Part shown: positions 36,446 to 51,700 of the stretch, piece after piece
Position numbering within the stretch: the stretch's first letter is position 1
Layout of the letters: each line of letters opens with the position of its first letter
NCBI GenBank assembly: GCA_030141605.1
Contig: JAQGDQ010000204.1
Span: 1-64,000 of the forward strand
DNA: 64,000 bases
Origin: Tubiluchus corallicola
Lineage: Eukaryota; Animalia; Priapulida
Direction: 5' to 3'
The notes under the pieces: model-generated
Databases searched by the model: none
What the model saw: only the letters and a program-made list of their open reading frames with translations
Told to the model about the DNA's origin: nothing
Made by a program: the position numbers and the translations under genes

Positions 36446-39400
36446 TGGTAATATCTATAGTACTGCAACTGAGAATTAATAGGCTTACACAGAAAAAAAT
36501 GGAATAACGTAAGTGATGGATTAAATACCGAGGAGCGGATCATGGAAATGAAAACAACCATTAAAGGAAGAACCAACACTCGACCAACATTTATTGCATT
36601 TTAATGTACAATTAAAAATATTGAAATCGCTGTACAATATATGCGCATAGAGTGATTTGCTTAAAAATGTAAAAGAAATTTAAATATTTTTTATCTCCCG
36701 CCAAACGAACGTCGCTGCCGGCATATTTGAAAAAAATGCCATAAGCTGGTGTCTGTTGCACAGCGTGAATGCTGTGAAGGCAAGCTGTGAGGAAGGTACG
36801 CGTTGAGAAATTTCTACAGTTCACTCAGAAGTTCAGTTATTCTAGCTTAAATTTTACTGTGTTTATGTAAAAATTAGTCATTTGATCAATTATGACCAAG
36901 ATTAAAGTGTTAATCTTTAAAAATAGCTGTGTAAGTAGTATACATTAATTGCGCAAATGTAATTAATTTACAGACTTTTGTTGACTTTCAGATACACATG
37001 TAAACTTGCGAGCATACCTACTGTAGTAGTTCCGGGTGGGTTACTTAGTTTATAGAGTTCGCTCTATAAGTCAAAAAAAGGATTGCTGCAGCACTTGGCA
37101 GAATAACTGTTTATATTGCACGACAACCAGATGACGCCATTTTTCACCAAAAATGAGCGCGCCCAAGCGTTCGCGATTTTAAATTAAAATTATTAATTGC
37201 ACGAGGCGTTTATCACAATTTCATTGCTGAAACTTTCTAGCATTTTCTCAAATATTAGAATAAGCTCAACTTCCCGAGAGACTTGGCTTTTGCTTTAAAC
37301 AATTGTTATATATATTATATTATACACACACGCACGCACGCACGCACACACACACACAAATTGAAACGTCAATTTACATTTTGTATAGTCGATAACCTTG
37401 CACTACAACCAACATACGGAAAATATTGAGTAGATACGACAAAATTATAAACTATAAAACTACATTATTCTATACTACTTAGCTAACTCACACTTTACTA
37501 TTTCATACTATATCATTTGTTGGTTCTTTTCTAATGTGCCGAAATTTTAATTGTTCTCTTATTTAAAGGTTGTTTTCGATATATTAATATTAGGCAAGTC
37601 GGAAAACGATAAGTTTTAGTCGGCATGTAACATCTCGATATCTGCTGTAAAAATAGAACCAAGAACAAGGGTTAAAAGACATATCTAAATTATTGCACTA
37701 TAATGACATAACGATAATGACAATGATAGTAAAATGTTACATAAGTTAGTAAATACGCCACATTGAGGTTGATACAAATTTTAGCTGTAAATAAAGATCA
37801 TTTTAATTACAGCATTATACACTATCTTCACGCAGTTTTAATCTAACATAATTAAAGTGCACACAAGGCGGGAAAATGATTGTCTTTTCAAAGATTGTTT
37901 TACAACTCAGCAAGTAATCGCACGGTATGTGCACCGAGTCGTCGAAGTTGAGCAACACTGAATCGGGTCACATAAATCGATAGGTAACCTCAGGGAAAAC
38001 TACTTTTGAGCAGTGTTATCCGCCATTCTTTATGTATTTCTCTCGCCGAAGGAGGGTGTTTTTAGATCCAAATATTTCCAAAGAAACGTCTACCACTTAG
38101 ATGCCTTCAATTCAAAAGATTATAGCCTTGATAATGAACCAGGTTTCTGTCGGGCTACATACACCTACATTAAAAATATCCTGCATATGTTCCTACTTTT
38201 GGCCAGCGGTCACAAGTATGTGTGGGCAGTTGTGTCAAGCTTTATTAGTTTCTTTTCTATGTAGGTAGTGGACGGTAGTAAGACTGCTGTCATTGACTAG
38301 CCTGTAGTTCAGTAAGTTGCGCCTGCATATCCGTCAAAAACAGTAAGTAGTGTTTAGTAGTTTCTAGCCAATGTGTTTGGCAGGTATAGTAACAGCATTC
38401 AAAGGAACAAAAACTTTTGTTCACTTGTGGATATTCACTTGTACTCATACAACAATAGTATAGCCGTGTGGCATTTAACCACGTTTTTCTAATACTTGAG
38501 TACTTTGTTTTGACAAAAAAGATGGTTTTCAAGACTGACGAGGAAGCACACAGGGTACAAAATTGAGGATTTCGCTATAAGTCTTGTAAGCTGAACTGCT
38601 TTGTTTAGCCTTTCATTAGATGTTTGGGTACCATGCACAATTACAACCTAGGAACTGTTATAACGACTGCATATGTGGTCGCGTGTTCGTCCGAAGAAGA
38701 CAGGGAGTGTAAGCGTGGTGCAAATCATGATGTACTCACGAAGTGGCACTATAAAATCTCAGCCCAATATTAGAATCACGCTATAACAATTGAACATTGT
38801 GCTTAAAACACATTAAAGCAAAAAAGAACGTTTGAACATACGTCTGAAGGAACTTGACTACACTAGTACACTAAGTACAGTAGTTGTTGCTAAGCTCCTT
38901 CAATACAGTAGGCAACATTTTGACCAATGGCTCGCCTAAATTAAAGCTGCACTCATTAATGACACCAGGCACACTTAATCATATGTACTGTGTAATTAAC
39001 CAGTCAAAGGCTTTGAGCTGCTATGTGACCGTTTAGAAAAATCGTATACCGGTTTTTAAAAAAAAACGTGTTTTAGTATAAAATCTAAAGTAGGACTTGA
39101 AACCGGTAGTTTGAGAGCTTAACCTGCACATGCCAAGTAAATGTCCCACCCAGATTAAACAGGTCTTAGTTCGGCTACACCGTCAGTGCTTTGCAGTTTA
39201 ACATTGTTTGTTTTCGTTTACTAAATTTGGATTTGCAGAGAGTTAGACAGATCAGTTATTATGAAATTTTGGCGGCTTGTTATTGTATTAACAGTAAAAA
39301 CAGGTAAATTACCAGTCTTAGTCTTAGACCTTCACAGTACACACCTGTTGTACGCAAAATTATTTGATTGGTGAGAATGACTGTCTGTAACGGTTGCCTT

Positions 39401-40619
39401 TGTGCACGGCGTGGTTAAATATCTCCTCTAAAATATAGGGACTCTAATTAGTTTTCACCAACGTTCAGTTCTATTTTACACCCTCGTAGAATTTCAATAG
39501 AAGCTCGATATGGTGAAGTGCAAAATAAATATTAATAAATAAATAAATGTTGTGCTAAACTAATCTATGTTAGCCATAATTGCAATTTTAAATGGTCTAA
39601 TTGATTATTCGCAGATTAACTACTATCATCAATAAGAAAATTATGATGACAGTACATACAAATAAACAACCAAAGCACGTACAATAGTTGGGGAGACATG
39701 TAGACTGCAAACTAGGTTGTACCAATGTGCTGGACGACCATTATTTAAATATTAGAGCAAAAACGAGCTCTATAAAATAAATTTGTTTGCATATTTTATA
39801 ACTTAAAAAAACAGGTAGGTCCTACTGTAACAGTTGCGGTCTTTTTTACCTTCGAGCTCGCTTCTTCGCAACCTGGATACACTGAAGCATCGAAAAAGTA
39901 AAAATTTCGAGGCTTTGCGGTGGCCACATATAATTCTCGTCGCCTTATCTAAAGGCTGTGTTAATTACGACATTAATTAATTGACGCCATTTACGTTTTC
40001 TGTTTGTTAGATTGTTGTTTAGATTAGAATGTTTATTAAAAATTTGCAGTCAATTAAAAGAAATGACAAAATCGCTAAATCACGTAAAATGGTCTCATAA
40101 AGAACAAACAGAAATTATTTTATACAAAGTAATATTGTATAAAATAAAACTACAATTATATGCTACATAGGCCTGAACTTCATAAAAGGTGAAAGATCAG
40201 TACGAAGAAAAAAATTTGGCCAGATTGCATGTGCTCCACAATGTGGACCAGACTATTTTTCTAACAGGAAGCGTTGCACCGAGGTAAAACCAAAGTTTTG
40301 AATGTCGAATGTCATAAGTGTTTGTTGTCTTGTAAGGCATTTAGATAGCTAACTTGAAAGGCAGGAGACGTTGAAAAGTTGGAATGCAGCCTGGTTTTGA
40401 GCCAGGGTATCTTCTGTTTATTTTGCAGACGCCTTATGCCATTATAATCGGAAATGTTGAATTTCATTGACCAGCTATAAAAATGAACTTTGCCCATTGG
40501 TAAATGAGCTGTAAGCAGAAGAAAATTCAGGCTTCATTGCAACATTTTCATATTTCCTGTTTCTGGTATCAAAATTTAATTACGTTGTGGATTTGTAAGA
40601 TTATTAATAATCGTGAACT

Positions 40620-40795
<176 letters not shown>

Positions 40796-41072
40796 CCAGA
40801 AAGGAGCAGATTAAAACATACAAAAAAAATAAAAAACATTATTAAAAACATTTTTATTTTATAAAAAACATTATTTGGTTTTGAGTGAAGACAAAGGGTA
40901 CAACGATCGCAGTGGGTTTTCAATGAAAGTAGCGTCATGACTCACTTCTTCAAGAATTTTGTCGATTTTTTTATTTGGGTGATAAAACTGAAAAGGATTC
41001 GAAAAATAATTATATTGTGATAATAGAGGAAATGAGAAAAGTATTAAAACACACATTTATATGTACTTGTCA

Positions 41073-41203
41073 GTCTTTAAAGTTTCAAGTTTAGTTTGTT
41101 TTACCTCTACACAATTCATTTTTACATTTGTAATTATTATTATTTATATACGTAAAATGTATTGTGTCGAGGTAAACTAAACTAAACATGAAACTTTAAA
41201 GAC
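41073..41203. repeat. Imperfect palindrome with ~52-bp arms (hairpin, MITE-like) about 1 kb upstream of the GPCR
   Basis: GTCTTTAAAGTTTCAAGTTTAGTTTG...TTTAC (41073-41125) is the near reverse complement of 41152-41203. Confidence 0.85.
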
Positions 41204-42165
41204 ACTGCAATGTTGACGTGGATTCTAGGACAAATTATTGCAAGCCAAACTCTACTTTGTTAATTTTGGATTTTAATCTATAGCAAAAGAAAATTATGAA
41301 GAAAGACTTTAATATGCCATTTTTTACGCTTAGTTTATTTACTTACTGATAATGTTAAATTTTATAGTTTTAGGAAACTGAGAATAAGAGCAATGAAAAA
41401 TCAGTGGTTGTAGTTTTTCTCTGACAATGCCAAACAAACAAAATATCCAGAAACACAAAAACTCTTCTCTTTTATTTATTGCTTAGAGCTCTGCGGGTTA
41501 TAACGTTAAATAGGTACAATAAAACTATAAAAGACAAATGCTCAAGATTGCGGTTCACAGAATATTATACTTATTTTTAATCTCCTATTTAAGCACTTCT
41601 TTCAGGAAAATTGCTGACATACCGTGTACAATATAGCACACGTATGCACTTAAGTTAGAGTTAGTTTTCTGTATATTTAACGGCTGTCAGAAAAAAGCGG
41701 TGAAACATGTTTCCTACTATTGTCTCAGAAATAGCTAATCTTAACCAGCGATACATAAAATCATTAACTTCTGCAGATGACAAGTTACAAAATTTTGCTA
41801 TTCATTTGCAAATGAGAAAGAATATAATAGTTTGGTACTTTTATATACATTAATTTGTGTAAATAATCTCGTCTCACTCTAAGCGGCTTCACGGCGGCCG
41901 CTCGGAGCATGCGCAGTACTGATCGAAGATTTATAATAGTTAACAAGAGTTACTGATGAAAAGCTGTAGGGAGCTTAACGATGCACCGGCAATTATTAGC
42001 AGTCGCGGTCATATAATTTGTTTTACTGGACAGTATGATTAATTGCTTTTATTGTCTAATTACCCTATTAGCAGTCAGGCTTCTGTGCCATTTGGCTGCT
42101 GCGCGGCGTTTGGCGGGCTTTACAGAAACACGTTCTGCGAAAGACTGTTTGTAAGTGTTGATAAA

Positions 42166-42708
42166 ATGTCGGTGAATTTTGCTGATTTTTTACTAAACGA
42201 GCCGATTGGTTTTAACGATACCAGTAATGCGACGAATGATTCAGTGATCGATGGTGTAAAATTCAACAATGAATCAACATTAAAGGTTCCAGTGCGAGAA
42301 CTGGAAGATCTCGTAAAAGTAATTACTTTACTCACTATGGCTTCTTTGTCCATTATAGGAAATTCCGTCACGTTATATGTAATTTACCGTACGCGAGAGC
42401 CAGCTTTCACCATTAAAACTCTTATTACCAATTTAGCAGTGTCAGATCTAATGGTGACGTGTTTCTGTATGGTAGTGGACGCCTCCTGGGCTTATTCTGT
42501 CAGCTGGAAGGCTGGAAACGGGTTGTGTAAGTTTGTGAAGTTCATGCAGGTATTTTCGCTTTATGCTTCCACCTATGTGTGTGTTTTAATAGCAGTGGAC
42601 AGATGCCATGCCGTGTTGGGACCCATGAACCGAGTGCGAGCTCCACTGAGGCTCAAGATAATGCTGTCAGTTGTCTGGTTTGGAAGTGCCGTCCTAGCTC
42701 TCCCTCAA
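42166..42708 (+). CDS. CrzR: GPCR exon 1 (N-terminus with 4 N-glycosylation sequons, TM1-TM4)
   Basis: AAAATGT start; ends LALPQ|gtaagt, phase 0. Confidence 0.92.
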
Positions 42709-45700
42709 GTAAGTAAACCTTCTACTTTAGTGTTTTCAATTTAAAGTGAAGAAGTCTGTAATACGCTTGCCATCGATAATAGGCATGTTGTATATATGCA
42801 CTAATATTGGCTTCTTATTGCTAACGTAGTTTTTAGTAGAGCTGTTTTAGTTTACAAGTAATTGGCTACGTGTATGTAGAATTTACATCTCACTAACATG
42901 ATTTGTAGGCCTCAAAAATGTACGACGCTACACGCCAGAATTGTGACAAACAAAAAACTATTGCTGCGTAATAAAAAACGAAAGCTAGAATTCTGCATAT
43001 AAAGAGTCAGGTCATTGTATGTCAAAGGTAATATTATTTTGTAACTTGTGACAAACAAGAGATTGTTACATTACAAGAATCGCTAACAAGAAGAAAAAGC
43101 TGAAATTTAAAATTGAAAGCTTTAGTCACATATGACGTAGGCAAAATTATGCAACATCACACGCTTCCTGTATTATTTAATTTAAATATCTTTTATTTAT
43201 CTCAGGTTAGCGAAACAAGTCTTTCATGTGATGAGGCCCGTTGGGGCGAAAGCTTCTGAAAGAAAGAAATATTCTATTTTGAGACTACAAATTGCAGTTT
43301 ACGTTTTTGTCATCTGCCAAAAAGTTGGTTAAAACATCACTCACAAGAGTTAGCGGTACAATAGGGCCGACAGCTATTAATGAAATGAACAGTAAACCCG
43401 TCATATTAGCTTGTTCATCTTAGTTTGAACCGTTTGGACTTAGGCTGTCTCAGACATGCCTTAGCCACCGTATTCAACAATCACTGCAATTATTGCTCTA
43501 CATAATATGTTTTTCGTGTGCCGTAAATTACGTAAAGTTTACCGATTTCAAATTAACGGATCCCGCAAGCGCAAATAACGGTATTCTGTTTCAGTTTTAT
43601 TGCTACGACACGTATAGTGCGCAGCTCAGAAACTTCGCATTGACGGCATTGCGAGGCATTATTGAAGGTCGTGGCTTTTTCATTATTCTACGAAAATGTT
43701 TTTCTTGACAGTTGTCCAAAAGGTTCACATGTTTTATTGAAGCACTATTTCTCTCCTATTAAATTTCGCTCTTTTTGTTGCGGTGCAAGACAAATGCACT
43801 CGCGCCTTCGCTTGAAACGCTGTTTATCAAATGTTTGGATATGAGCATGTCCAAATCTTCTCAATATTGGGCAGATTTAATTATTAGGTCTATACAAAAA
43901 TCGTTAATTTTATTACAGTGACAAAATATTACAATGGCAAGAAAAAATTATTTTTGATTAAATAACGTTGTGAGTTTAGAAAATGAGCTCTTCGACAAAA
44001 GAAGTGTTTTTATTGTAACGTCACAAAATTATAGCAAATTGAATCTAATCCTCGTCATCGCAACATGCTCCAGCGTACGCGTGATTCGCGACAGATGGTT
44101 TTTAACATAATTGCACATAGTAACGCGGAACTAATTCCTAATAAAACGAATTATTGAACATCAAATAAATGAAGACGTATCAGTTTTCCACTGTGAACCA
44201 TCTTCAGATACAGAAGAAGGAAGAATAAAAACACAGAAAGTATTATCAAATACGATTTTTTTTACTTTTATGCGATAACATAATCATTAATTATAAATAA
44301 TTGTTATAAATATTAGTATAGGATAAACTAACGCATTATAAAATTTTGTTATATACTAATCATTTGCTAGCATTTGGCATGGCAGAGTTTATAGTTTCTC
44401 GTAAAAGCAAATTTACCATATCTTGTCGATTACTATTCAAACAAAACCAAAAACTAAACTTGTCAAAAGGAAGGAATGTGGAAAATGGTAGACTAAGCCC
44501 GGTACTCAACATGCATTTTTTGATAACAGAGCTAACGCCTTGACCACTAGATTAACCATCCTTCACGCTAGAGTAATTACTAATTAATTTAATTAATGTT
44601 CTTGTAATTAATTTAGGGTTTTGAATGACCGGTAGTCTTGTTATCTATAATCGTCATTTTAAGATTATTGGCTAACTAACAGTTATTAAATTTTTTAAAA
44701 CAAATTTTGAAAAAAGAAAATTAGAGGTTAGAATTTGGAAATTATAATTTGTTTATTTTTCACGTCTTAGTAAAAACTTTTGTACAGTAAGCATATTTTT
44801 CGTTGCTGAAGGGGTGGCAAATAAACGTAAGTTATTGAATCGGCCACCCAAATATTCATTACAGTGTTGACTATTATTAGATGGATAAATTTGCAATAAA
44901 GTGACATATAATGGTTAGTACTTACACACAATAAACATACTCTTAGTTTACAAAAATTGGTAAGGTTTATAAAAATTATAAGGAGTACGTGGTTATTTGT
45001 TAGTATTACATAAACGCTGATTTTGACTCAGAATTTCTTTTTAAAATAATAGCAAAAACTGGATCTCCTATATGTCTGCTACGTGCGCATACAAATGCAG
45101 AGAAAATAGTAAATTTTAAGTTTGCTGGGCTAGAAACCAGAAGAACCAGTCACATAAAACCACCGAAGCGGTGAAAACAACTTCCTTAGCACATGTAATG
45201 ACTTACACTGATGAGAAATGTGTAGTGCTTTATTTTAAAAGAATGAAACTACAATGGAATATGTTTCGCTTGACAGAATGTATCTACCTGAAAAGATTTT
45301 GATTTTTTGTCAAAAGTTCTTAATGCTTAATTAAGTTAAAAAAGCTGAAACCAAAAATTGATGATTTATGAAAATTGAGGAGCGTCAATGGCTAGTAGTG
45401 AGACAACAATCGCGGAAAAATATGAAGATAGAAGTATTATTTTGACTAAAGTTATCAGATACTGAGAATCAGTACCTTTTTCCTTTGGTAGATATATGAA
45501 TTACAGTAATTTATAAGCTGACGTGATATTTTTGGTCAAATAAAACCGTTTACGTACAAACCACGGGGCTGAAAGGCCATTGCCCACTTAACTAACCTGA
45601 CCTCTTCTAGTCCCAAACGAGATGAAGGCATTTTTTGCGCAAACAGCGCATTTCGCATACATGCGGTTATTGACGAAATCAGCATCTCATCCAAATAATA

Positions 45701-48700
45701 GGCAAACCGAGAGATTTTCAAAGACTTCACTTGACAATTTTTCGAATTACGCAGCGATTAAAGACGTTAATGATGTCAACTCACAGCGATTAAATGGGAA
45801 TAGAGCTCGTTAAAACGACAAATTATATAGTAATAAATCTCTTGAAGGACGAAAGAGGTAGACTAGTACAGCAGCTCTACAGGAAGATCAGCAGAAAAAA
45901 TAAATATTCAAATTGAAAATCGCCAGTAGGAAATCGGCCATTTTGGTATAACCAATTATAAATACAAACTTAGCTAGTTTATGATGGCGGATGTCAGCAA
46001 AGCGGCCAAAGCCAACACATCTGCTGCAGTATGCTGATAATTAGTGTAAACCAAGGAATCAACAGTGATTAACCGGGAAATAGTCTTATATCTGTTTATC
46101 AAGCCTTTATACGTCTTTCGTGTTAAATTTACAGCAACGTAAAGATAACACAAGAGAATCGACATTCAAAACTATGTTTAGTCCTTGAGATGTAGTAGTC
46201 CTTGTAAGTAGTGCGGCCAAACGTGTGATTTCATGTTATTGTTGGTAATGATGATGATGTTGTTGTTGTCATTGTTGTGATGTTGTTGTTGTCGCTGTCG
46301 TCTTTGTCGACATTGTTATTATTACTACAAGCTGTTGTTGTTGTTGTTAACAACTGATAAAGCTTTATCACGGTTCACGTAATTTAAACTAAATTTAGCA
46401 TAGCGTTCATTCTGTGAGAACGCATATTTGCATGGGCAAATCGTAAACCAAAACTGTTTTAGTTAAACGTATTTTTAAGGTTTCCTAAACAAAGCTGAAA
46501 TATTCTGTGCTTTTTGAATCGTCAGATAAATTCTGTACAGCTGCGGTCGCCGAGCGTTAATTAAATTCATAAGGTTAGGCTAATATTTAATTACCAAAAA
46601 ATATTTTGGCTTTATTATGGGTGAAAAATGTGCATACAACAAATATATATTTTACCACATTTGAAAATGGAGTAGGATCTGGAAAATCGTTATTAAAGAA
46701 ATGTGGTTGATGTGGGCAGGTGTCATAATTGGGGTAAAAAGTTCCATTTTGTTGAGTAATTGATGACGAAATGAGGAAGACACGCAGATCAACGAACAGC
46801 GTGTATTGTGTTAAAATGTAATGTTTCTGCTGCTATGCGATCATTGTAATTATTTGCCAATTTAGACGTAGATCCATTACTAGATCCAAATCAAGATCGG
46901 CTTCAAAGAGCACTCAAAGAGGAAAATTGAAATCCAGTAGGCAGCCTTTTTTCTGACGAATTGACTGGAGATGATAAAAAGTGATTCGAAGCTCTCTCAA
47001 AAAATTACGTATCTGTCCAGTGCACAAAGCATCGAACTTCAATTGTTTTTAGCAGCTTCAAATGTTGTCTGGTCGCAAGCTTTTGCCTATATTAATTAAA
47101 ATTAACTTTTACGCTGGTGTCTCTCCTCTAATGTGAACTGTCGTGAAGATTTACCGGAGAAACATTGAAGCCTCGCAAAGCTAGGACGCTTGATCTAAGC
47201 GCAATCTCATATATAAGAACTTATAGCCTGTTTGTTTTATATATTTTTAACAATTTGACGTTACGGCCATTTTAGTCAAATAATACTAAAAATGAAAGGT
47301 AGATACAAGAATTTCTGTTTAAACAAAATAATTATTAAAATTACACACAATAGCATTTTGTACAAACAGATGGTATAGCTTAAGTATTAAATTAATTACT
47401 ATATATGACATACGTACGTAGCGTACAATAAATTCTAAGTAGAGGTTATAATATGAATTACTGTTTTGACTGTTTTGCATTTTGTTTATACATGGAAACA
47501 GGTAGTAGAAATTACTCAACTAAGTATTTGAAAAACTGTGTCTTTAAATATAATGTCAAAATTTTGATTTCTTTTAATGTAAACTGTATCTATCCAATAT
47601 CAATTCTTTTAAAGCTTTTAACTTTTCACAGATTTTGCATCAATTTTTTATTTTCCGGTGAGCCCTTTTAACAAGGATAGCCATAAGTTACAACTTATTT
47701 CCGTACTCTTTAGTTAAATCAAAATTTCAGTATTCTAAAGGTGAGTTTGCGCTGTATGACAACCAAAGTAAACAATGAGAGAAATTCTCAGTGAAAACTC
47801 ATTTGTTGCAATTTAAACTGTCTATCTTAGAAATCTATAAGGAGTAAATATAATTCAAAGCTTTTGCAAATGCAAATATTAATTTGCACTCTAGTAATTA
47901 CTTCCGATTTCTAATCATACTTTCTAATCATACATAACCTTTTACTAGACGATCATAGTATATCACAATGAAGAAAAGTGCACATCAATTTGTAAAACGA
48001 ATAAACCATTATACTTATCTTTAGCCGTCATAAGTTGGGATAACTACAAACCCGAACGTTAGTTCTCATAAATGCATCTATTACCCTGCCTAACTAAGAT
48101 ACAAAAAGACTTTTTACAAAAACTTTAGCCTAAACACTCCAGAATTTCCAGCACGCTGCTTATATAGCAGAAGTATTGCGTCACTGATTTTAAGGAGGTC
48201 AGCTGCTGCTCTGCAAATTTGTGTTTATGAATCAGTTTGTCTGCTGATTAGACATTAGTCGTGACTGTCAGATATTTAGTTAGTTTTGTTTAGCTTAAGC
48301 AGTTGTTGTCCTGGGTGAGCAGTTGTCCCGAATGCTGCCGAGCGTGCTTACGTTACAGCAGGGGCGGAGCGATAGACCAATATGTTTGACGTCAATTTAT
48401 TTGCAGAGCAGCAGCTATTTTAACACGAAATTAACGCTTCAAGTAGCCAAAAAATGACTTTTCAATTTAAAGAGAATGTAGAGACGAAGTTTCAAAGCAC
48501 TAAAAATACAGAGATATAAATATAATAAAGAAACTAAGCCAGTTAGCCTTGCTTTACAATAAATAAACAACAAAAATATTAAATCTCTCTTGCCTTTAAA
48601 CATACGAACATCAAGTCTGCGATGTATTTTTCTGTATTAATTGATCATGTGCTCGTCTGCAAGATTTATTCAGTTTTTGTACCTTTCCGTTTGTCAGGCT

Positions 48701-51700
48701 ACTGAAATGGAATAAATTTGACTGTTCCACTCCATAGACGACCCTTATATTGAATGTCCGAGTCACATAAGGCCCAATAGTACCTTTTAACCTTGATTAT
48801 AACCAGAAAAATAGTGTTAAATTAGCTAATATTACATTGATTTATAATATAAGTTTTGACCACATTTGAATTAATTTTGACTGTGAAGATCTCATTGAAG
48901 TTTATAAAAACTGGCCAGAAAAGAAAACATTTTGTTTTGTCCTTATTTAACGTTAATCAAATAGTTGTTTTTATCTAACTTGCACAGCATAGGATAAACA
49001 TGAAAAACTTGATAACAGATCAAAATCGTCGGTTTCGGAAATTTGAACACAACGCTAGCGCTCGAAAACAAAAAAGGAAGGAAGCTCGATAACTACAAGG
49101 CTACGGCAACTTCAGGATAATAGAGACTGTCACTGAATATGACACGTTTTGTGTCGTGGTGTACACCTAGCATGCATTGCATTGTTCTGGCTCTTCTCCA
49201 ATATACTCTCTTTTTTATGAGTAATCGAATCTTGCAGTTTCAATAATGCTGTTCGCTCATTAGTGATTATGATTGTACACGAATGCGGGACGGTGCACTT
49301 GCATGCCTTTGGGCAGTTCAGAACTGCAATAAAAATTCCTGTCTCATGGTCAGAAAAAGGTTCTCCCCTACAGTCTTGTTGACTTAAATTGGGAAAAAAC
49401 GTAAAAACAACGTATTATATGCGAACGCAGCAAAAGGAAAGCTATGCTTGTAGATTTGCATCTACTTGGTCTTTATTTGTCTGCAGAACGATTGTGACCC
49501 AAAAGATTCTTTTCCTACGTTTTTTAACGCACTTCTTACACTTTTTGTTTCCTCTTTGTTTTTCTTGGCTAACCCTAACTCTTCTTAGTTACTGCTGCTC
49601 CTTTAAGTCTGTTTCCTTCTATTATTCGTGCGAATCTTTCAATGCCTCGTTTTTCTTACATACAACACGCGATATTCTTATCGTTCTCCTCCTCCTCTGC
49701 CGCAGCCATCATCTTCTCATCCGGTTTTAAACGTTTGTTCCCTCTATTCAGACAGTAAGCATTGTATGCAATACACGCATTTAGTGTTTTGTATTTTTAA
49801 CAGGTATTTCTATTTCGAGTTCTGAGAGCGCCATTTGAGGACGTAGTTTTCTACCAGTGTGTGACTGGATACTACACTGCCGAATGGCAAGAGAAGCTTT
49901 ATGGTGTTGGCAGCTTCGTCTTGCTATTTCTGCTGCCACTCTGTATCATCGTCATCTGTTATTCGCTCATCTTCTTCACGATAGCCAAGGAATCTGGAAA
50001 CTGTACCACAGTAAAGGGTAACTTGATGTTATTACTATAGGCAAGATTATTATAGTTCTTACTAAAAATATAAACAGAAGAAAGAGCACCAATTAAAACC
50101 TAGGAAATAAAGCGTACTGTTGTCTTGCTTTAGCAAATGCTTCACATTTTCTAGCTAAAAACTTCAGTGATGGTGTCCAAAGGACGAAGTTTTGCATCTT
50201 TCCACTCAAAAGTGCAAGTTTTCATCAGTTGGTCGAAAAATACGTTTGGAAAATTTATAAATTATGGACCGATACGCATATAAATGAAACTTCGAAAATT
50301 TATTTAGTATAAATTTCTATGAGTAGAACCACTGTGCGTAGTAGGCACAAGCTTGGCTGAACAGTTACGATGGAGCTCTGGGGCGCGCGGATGATGTAAC
50401 TTTGCTGGCACCTTGTACGACCTGACCTAAATCAATACTCAGTATCTGCATGCTGACCAGCATGACATTGTTCTTAACTCCAATCAGACAAAGTGTATTT
50501 TATTTATTAACAACCGAAACTTAACTAACTTTTTTCAAGAGTTATAGTTAATAGTACAGTGTTAATGAAGTAGGTCGTTAGAGGCTCAAATTAACTTCAA
50601 AAATTGATCAAATTGCTGATATTCTAAGATGTAAGAAAAATGTATTTTGCCTGTTAATGCTATTTTGTTTTCTGTGACTAATAAACGTGTAATGCTTAGA
50701 TTGTTTCACGCTTACTGCTGCTCTTTCTATGGTTGTTCGATTAACGATTTATCGAAGGCCTGCATATCGTTGTTACTTACTGAATATAGAAAAGCATTGC
50801 GGCGAATCTTAGACTTGCCAGGAAGCTCTCATTCCAGCATGACATTGTGTCTTGCTGCTACATATCCCCTAGATGTCCTTTTACATTTGCGCATTTCAAA
50901 GCTCTATTGTAACATAAATTTGTCTGCTAATCCATTACACTGCTCAATTGATGTGTGAAATACTAATTCTAGTATAAGAAGTATAAGCATTTTAGATAGA
51001 AATCGCATTAGGGCACGCACGAACCTTTATACATATGGTTATAGACCTGTTGACATAATAACTTTGGCAAGAGAATAGTTGCCGTGTAGTGTCGAGTTAT
51101 CGTCGCCTCTGTCTATTCCTGGCGAATTTTGGTATGGATGTCGGTGGGATTTGAGCACAATACTGGTGGTCGTAACAATATTAATATTATAATAATATAT
51201 TTATTAGTTATATATGTACATATATACATATTTACAAACTAATATGCATGTACAGGGCTTTAGCCACTTCATGTACGATGTTACTCTTGCTTTATGCCCA
51301 GCACCGATCTTTAAACCTTATGTATTTTTGCCTGGGTTTCTGAGTCAGGAATTTTCCACAAACCCTTTTGTTGTTAACTTACCACACTTCGTATTGGCTT
51401 CTAAGTTTCGCTTTACACTTTTAAATTTGACGAAGTTTAAAATTTAATGGATTTAAAGTTCAGTGTTACTACGAAGTTCTTTATAACCAGGAATGAAGCT
51501 TTGTTTTTTACACAACGTTCCACAATACAGTGGTTTAACCATATATATGCGTGCACAGGTACACGTCATTCACTTGCACCACATGCATTTATTCTAGGGT
51601 ATCAGCAGTAAAAAAACTGCGAATACTTAGACGATAATCACAGATTAGTTATTGCAAACACTCTTTCTTCACTGATTGTCAATGTACAAGTATTAGTAAC

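Noticed and set aside
35911-36579. 222-aa minus-strand ORF
   Set aside because: Antisense shadow of the low-complexity stalk/TM exon.
42043-42165. N-terminal extension of the GPCR given by the ORF track
   Set aside because: It begins at a non-ATG codon; the first in-frame ATG is 42166, followed by a typical glycosylated N-terminus.
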